Positions 58,791 through 64,000 of a stretch of 64,000 bases of DNA are shown one piece after another. The translations under genes and the position numbers were made by a program. The first letter of the stretch is position 1; every line of letters begins with the position of its first letter. A model generated the notes under the pieces. That model was not told the origin of the DNA and did not search any database. It saw nothing but the letters and a program-made list of their open reading frames with translations. This DNA is from Amphiscolops sp. MND2022 (taxonomy: Eukaryota): contig OZ076409.1 of NCBI GenBank assembly GCA_964187785.1, forward strand, positions 82,338,001 to 82,402,000, given 5' to 3'.

Positions 58791-61027
58791 ACGCCTAAAT
58801 TTCAAAAGCGCCCAAAATACCTTGTCTAAATCAGTTCAGCCATTAGCGGCGCGATCAAAACCGACTGACGGTTTGATATCTTGTTTCTCTGACGTACGTC
58901 TCTCCGGTTGAATAAAACAGTTGTTTCATCAAGAAAGTTAACTACTACATACAAATACGAATGATCAACTAAAGTTGATTGCGTTTGACCAAGATGATGG
59001 AATCGCACATTTTAATCCACCATGGTCTGTCATATCCATGAAAGAAACAACCTAGACTATGTTAGTTTGAAGTAAAAACCTAATACATTTCCATGCTAGA
59101 AATTAGGAAAAATTTGTGTCTATGACAAAATAATAACATTTACAAAGTTCAAAAAGTTAAAATCATGGATTTGTTATTTTTCTGAGAAAAACAGACGAAG
59201 ACCTTTTATCATAAATGAGAAATATTTTCTTCTGTTCGGTTAGCATATTACATCTTTATCTGTGAAACATGTATAAACGGTACGAAAAGTCTGCCCGGCA
59301 CTGTATAGCGACATTAGCTCTAACGTCAAAGCTATCTATTTATACTCAATGAATAAAACAACATACAACTCGTGCAAAACGGATTCGATTATGATTCGAA
59401 AATGAGCATGCTAAATTTCATAAAAACTTACCCATTGTGGTACAACATCTGTAAACAAAACAATCAAAAGTAAGCTAAAGTATTATCAAATCTGAAATTG
59501 ACGGAGAGAATTGTTGAAACTACAAGTTTTTGGCAAATGTTGACTCTCAAAATGAACCCTGATATGACCAGGTTTAAAACGTGACTTGAAATTTAATTTT
59601 GGTAAGAATGAACAATTTTAAATTGTCTCCAAATATTTTGAAAAACAATTCAAATGTGAAAACAGTGAAAGTGAAATGATTTGTTATTGGCCTAATTAAA
59701 AGATTTCAAAAGTGGCCTTGATTTCAAAATCACAAACCAAAGCTTAATTGACCAATTTTACACTGTTCGTTCAACAATAGAAGTCATTAACAAACTGCTT
59801 TTGGCGAAAAGAGCCTGAAAAGTTTGCAAAAGCGTCTACTTACAGGAGTATGCCAGAGAAATAGTGGAAAAGAGAGCGACTGCGAAAAGTGGGGTAACTT
59901 TCATTTTTCGAAATTTAATTGGTTATATTGCTCAAATAAACAAAATTCAATGGATGGATGGGAAATAAACCGACAGGAAAATAGGATTAATGACGTGATA
60001 GTTTATAGTTTCTGTGGATGAGGTATTTCAGCAGGTAGTGTACCACCACGCACAGAGGGACAAAATTGGAATAATTGGTCTTTGCCTTTAACCGAAATTT
60101 CGGGAAGCAGGAAATTAAGAATGCTTGGCAAAGAGGTAAATTTGATCGTCGTGGGGGAGAATGGAATGGTCGACGTCTTAGGCTGAGGATAGACAACCAA
60201 TAGACTGAGAATTTTTTGCCGCAGAAAGAAAAAATGATGAATAGCTGCGAAATAAAAACGAGCAATACCTTCGTAATTTTTCTATTGGTAAAAATCTAAA
60301 GGTGGTGGCGTTGCCGAATGGTCAGCTGAAAAAATCTCTCCAGCTTTTCGAGGTCCTGGTGACCATATTACCATAGCTTCACAAGAACGACACAATACAA
60401 TTTTGCGTAATTTGAGCTTTGCGCTGCTGCTAATTTTACAGTTACACGGCTCAAAGAAGGCAGTGGAGAAGAAAAACAACAAAACGGAGATACTACCGCG
60501 AGCGGTATAAGTTGTTGAGGCTGGTTGGTGTAAGTAAGTAACAGCTCCAATGCGGTAGTAAAATTTTGATGACGTGGATTAAAATTACACGCAGGTACGC
60601 ATGCCATATCCCTGTGCGGGAGAAATCTCAGCTGAGAAACATGCCTACCGTACGTATAACCGGGAGGACAAGACGAGCGAAAAAATTCTATTTATTTAAA
60701 AAGTAATCACAATATACTCAATGTCTAACGTCACGCTGTGCAAATTAAGTTTTTGCTGCTCCCACGAGTCATCGATTTTCTCCATGGGGGAGGGAAAAAG
60801 GAAGATAGACGGCTCCTTGCAAAAAGAGGCAGAATGCAGAAGAAATGCGAATGTCTCAGCTATGCAAACGTTGACTGGCTTATGGGTTTTCCTTTCAAAT
60901 TTTGAAAATGTCTTCCTCTGCGCGTTTGAAGGAGGCTTCGGAAAGAGACAAAAAGACATGGCGAACGCAAGAGAATTTCACAAGATAATGCTCTATAGTA
61001 ACATTTCGCGTTTCAAATTTCGCGTTT

Positions 61028-64000
61028 TATGTGAAGAAACTATCACCATCATGTGAATATCTGATTAATGCACTCAATGAACAGTTAATTAATGATTAAA
61101 ACCTAGAATGACCTTCTAAAAAAGTTTGAATATAGTACTTATTTAAATATGACAAGTGGGGCAAATCGCGTATGTTTGAAAATGGGTCCATCGAGATATT
61201 TCACAACTCCTGAATATTTGCCGACAAAATTTGCTGATGACAACCTTAACTTCAACTTGAAACGTTGTGTAAAACTTGATAAAAATCGATTTACCCCACA
61301 GAGTAAAAACAACGTGATCGTATCAGTAACACAGCTGGGAAAGTTTTCGAATTTAGTTTCAATATTCGATAGTGAAGTGTGTTTCTACAAGATTTTTCTG
61401 TGGAATATCTCTGTAACTTCTACGTTTAGCTCAAAGGTTATACAGATCTGCATGATGTAAAACGATCCAGCAGTCTCATTAAGTACGATTTGACCAACTG
61501 TATCAATGTTTTAGTATATTTTACCTCAAAAAATTACTAGAAAACTGTTGAAAAATAGGAAGTTACGATTGTAAGGGGGTATTCAAATCGTCATCGATTT
61601 ATCAATGGAGTAGATTAGCGTATACAATTGTAAGTACCCTACATAAGTTCCTTAAAGGTAAGACAGTTACATGCTAGGTTTACATTTTGAACTCTAATAA
61701 AAATACAAACGTGTATGTACTTACATGCCACATTCCTTCCTGTAAAAGTATATTTTTGTTCACGAAAAAATGACTTACGTGTAAGACACAAATGATATAA
61801 CACAATTAGTAATCTGAAACAAAATTGTTATCAATTACAATACGATTCAGTTCCGGAAGTGCTACTTGAGTTTTTCTTGGGAACGGTGGACCTCGTCCTC
61901 GCCTTCCTTCTCTATCCGTTTTTCTTCCTTACTCTGCTGATTGGTCGAGTTTCTCTATGATTATTTGTTTGGTGTTTATTTTGAGAGTCATTATATGTTT
62001 TTGGGTTGCCTTACATTGTTTTCGTATTGTTTAATCTTGGATTGATCCCGGATTGTTCGGATTGTTCGATCATAGTTTTTCTGGTTTGTTGTTGTTGTAG
62101 TTCGCATTTTTTTGTCATGGTATCTGTTACGACTATTTACCGGTGTTGTTTTAGAGTTAGTCGCAGTGTGAATTTTGACGGATGTAGACGTCCTTGCTAC
62201 GGAGACATTCTCTGGTTCAGAGTCCGAGTCTTGAGCATTCATGTAGACAGTCTGTTTTTTGTTTAAAGGCGCTATCAGTTTTAACATTTCCTTCTGGTTT
62301 TCCGCAAGTAGTTTGGTGAGATCAGACATAATCTCTTTTCTTAATGATGTTTTTATCTCAGCCAAGTTTTCTGGTTCTATCCTAGGGATCTTGCTAGAAC
62401 TAGCTACAAGAGTTTCAGGCGGAAAGTTTTCGGTTATGGAGGTTTCAAAATCACCGGAGACTAATTCTGCTACAGCCTTCTTTTTCTGACTTCTAGTTGT
62501 CATTTTGCTTCAGAGGGAGAGAGAGAAAGTATCTTTGGAAAGGTTAAATTCTTCAAAGATTCGTTTTCGTTATAATAACGGAACTGAACTGATTGTTATA
62601 AGTCAAGTTGGGAAAACTAACTGATTTACATGTATGTGAAGAAACTATCACCATCATGTGAATATCTGATTAATGCACTCAATGAACAGTTAATTAATGA
62701 TTAAAACCTAGAATGACCTTCTAAAAAAGTTTGAATATAGTACTTATTTAAATATGACAAGTGGGGCAAATCGCGTATGTTTGAAAATGGGTCCATCGAG
62801 ATATTTCACAACTCCTGAATATTTGCCGACAAAATTTGCTGATGACAACCTTAACTTCAACTTGAAACGTTGTGTAAAACTTGATAAAAATCGATTTACC
62901 CCACAGAGTAAAAACAACGTGATCGTATCAGTAACACAGCTGGGAAAGTTTTCGAATTTAGTTTCAATATTCGATAGTGAAGTGTGTTTCTACAAGATTT
63001 TTCTGTGGAATATCTCTGTAACTTCTACGTTTAGCTCAAAGGTTATACAGATCTGCATGATGTAAAACGATCCAGCAGTCTCATTAAGTACGATTTGACC
63101 AACTGTATCAATGTTTTAGTATATTTTACCTCAAAAAATTACTAGAAAACTGTTGAAAAATAGGAAGTTACGATTGTAAGGGGGTATTCAAATCGTCATC
63201 GATTTATCAATGGAGTAGATTAGCGTATACAATTGTAAGTACCCTACATAAGTTCCTTAAAGGTAAGACAGTTACATGCTAGGTTTACATTTTGAACTCT
63301 AATAAAAATACAAACGTGTATGTACTTACATGCCACATTCCTTCCTGTAAAAGTATATTTTTGTTCACGAAAAAATGACTTACGTGTAAGACACAAATGA
63401 TATAACACAATTAGTAATCTGAAACAAAATTGTTATCAATTACAATACGATTCAGTTCCGGAAGTGCTACTTGAGTTTTTCTTGGGAACGGTGGACCTCG
63501 TCCTCGCCTTCCTTCTCTATCCGTTTTTCTTCCTTACTCTGCTGATTGGTCGAGTTTCTCTATGATTATTTGTTTGGTGTTTATTTTGAGAGTCATTATA
63601 TGTTTTTGGGTTGCCTTACATTGTTTTCGTATTGTTTAATCTTGGATTGATCCCGGATTGTTCGGATTGTTCGATCATAGTTTTTCTGGTTTGTTGTTGT
63701 TGTAGTTCGCATTTTTTTGTCATGGTATCTGTTACGACTATTTACCGGTGTTGTTTTAGAGTTAGTCGCAGTGTGAATTTTGACGGATGTAGACGTCCTT
63801 GCTACGGAGACATTCTCTGGTTCAGAGTCCGAGTCTTGAGCATTCATGTAGACAGTCTGTTTTTTGTTTAAAGGCGCTATCAGTTTTAACATTTCCTTCT
63901 GGTTTTCCGCAAGTAGTTTGGTGAGATCAGACATAATCTCTTTTCTTAATGATGTTTTTATCTCAGCCAAGTTTTCTGGTTCTATCCTAGGGATCTTGCT
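61028..64000. repeat. Tandem duplication with a 1605-bp unit (61028-62632, then 62633 to the window end), containing an LTR 3' end and gag N-terminus on the minus strand
   Basis: Identical ORFs recur at +1605 (61149/62754, 62006/63611); MTTRSQKKKAVAEL... ORF from 62503 with an LTR-type end GTCGTAACA at 62125. Confidence 0.9.

Noticed and set aside
59824..61056. Cluster of short ORFs in slightly GC-richer sequence; similar patches near 4600-5050, 17800-18450, 31700-32100, 47350-47850, 49750-50500 and 52800-53000
   Set aside because: Multiple stops in all frames and no recognisable motif; may be decayed coding or TE sequence but cannot be assigned.

Overview
AT-rich, repeat-dense eukaryotic (probably invertebrate animal) genomic DNA with spliceosomal introns; the species cannot be identified from the sequence. 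The main feature is a young, structurally complete 14.1-kb Ty3/Gypsy LTR retrotransposon on the minus strand (32510-46631). It has ~1.76-kb LTRs that are about 99% identical, TG...CA ends, a 5-bp GTTGT target-site duplication (TSD), gag with two CCHC knuckles, a -1 frameshift signal, and an intact PR-RT-RNaseH-IN pol. Its architecture is unusual: (1) gag starts inside the LTR and carries an in-frame TAG present in both LTRs; (2) there is no polypurine tract next to the 3' LTR; (3) a ~4.3-kb accessory region holds a sense ORF that runs into the 3' LTR, and a divergently oriented, apparently intron-containing antisense gene whose reconstructed product resembles, by eye, a catalytically dead hAT-transposase C-terminal half. 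The rest of the window holds related solo, degenerate or tandem LTR relics, many nested Helentron-like non-autonomous elements with a covarying terminal hairpin, several MITEs (CMC/EnSpm-like and MULE-like), two near-perfect long palindromes and a LINE remnant. Three host gene candidates are a 3-exon gene end of unknown function, a very acidic protein with dibasic sites (prohormone/granin-like), and a 4-TM membrane protein. All homology calls come from motif recognition by eye; no searches were run.
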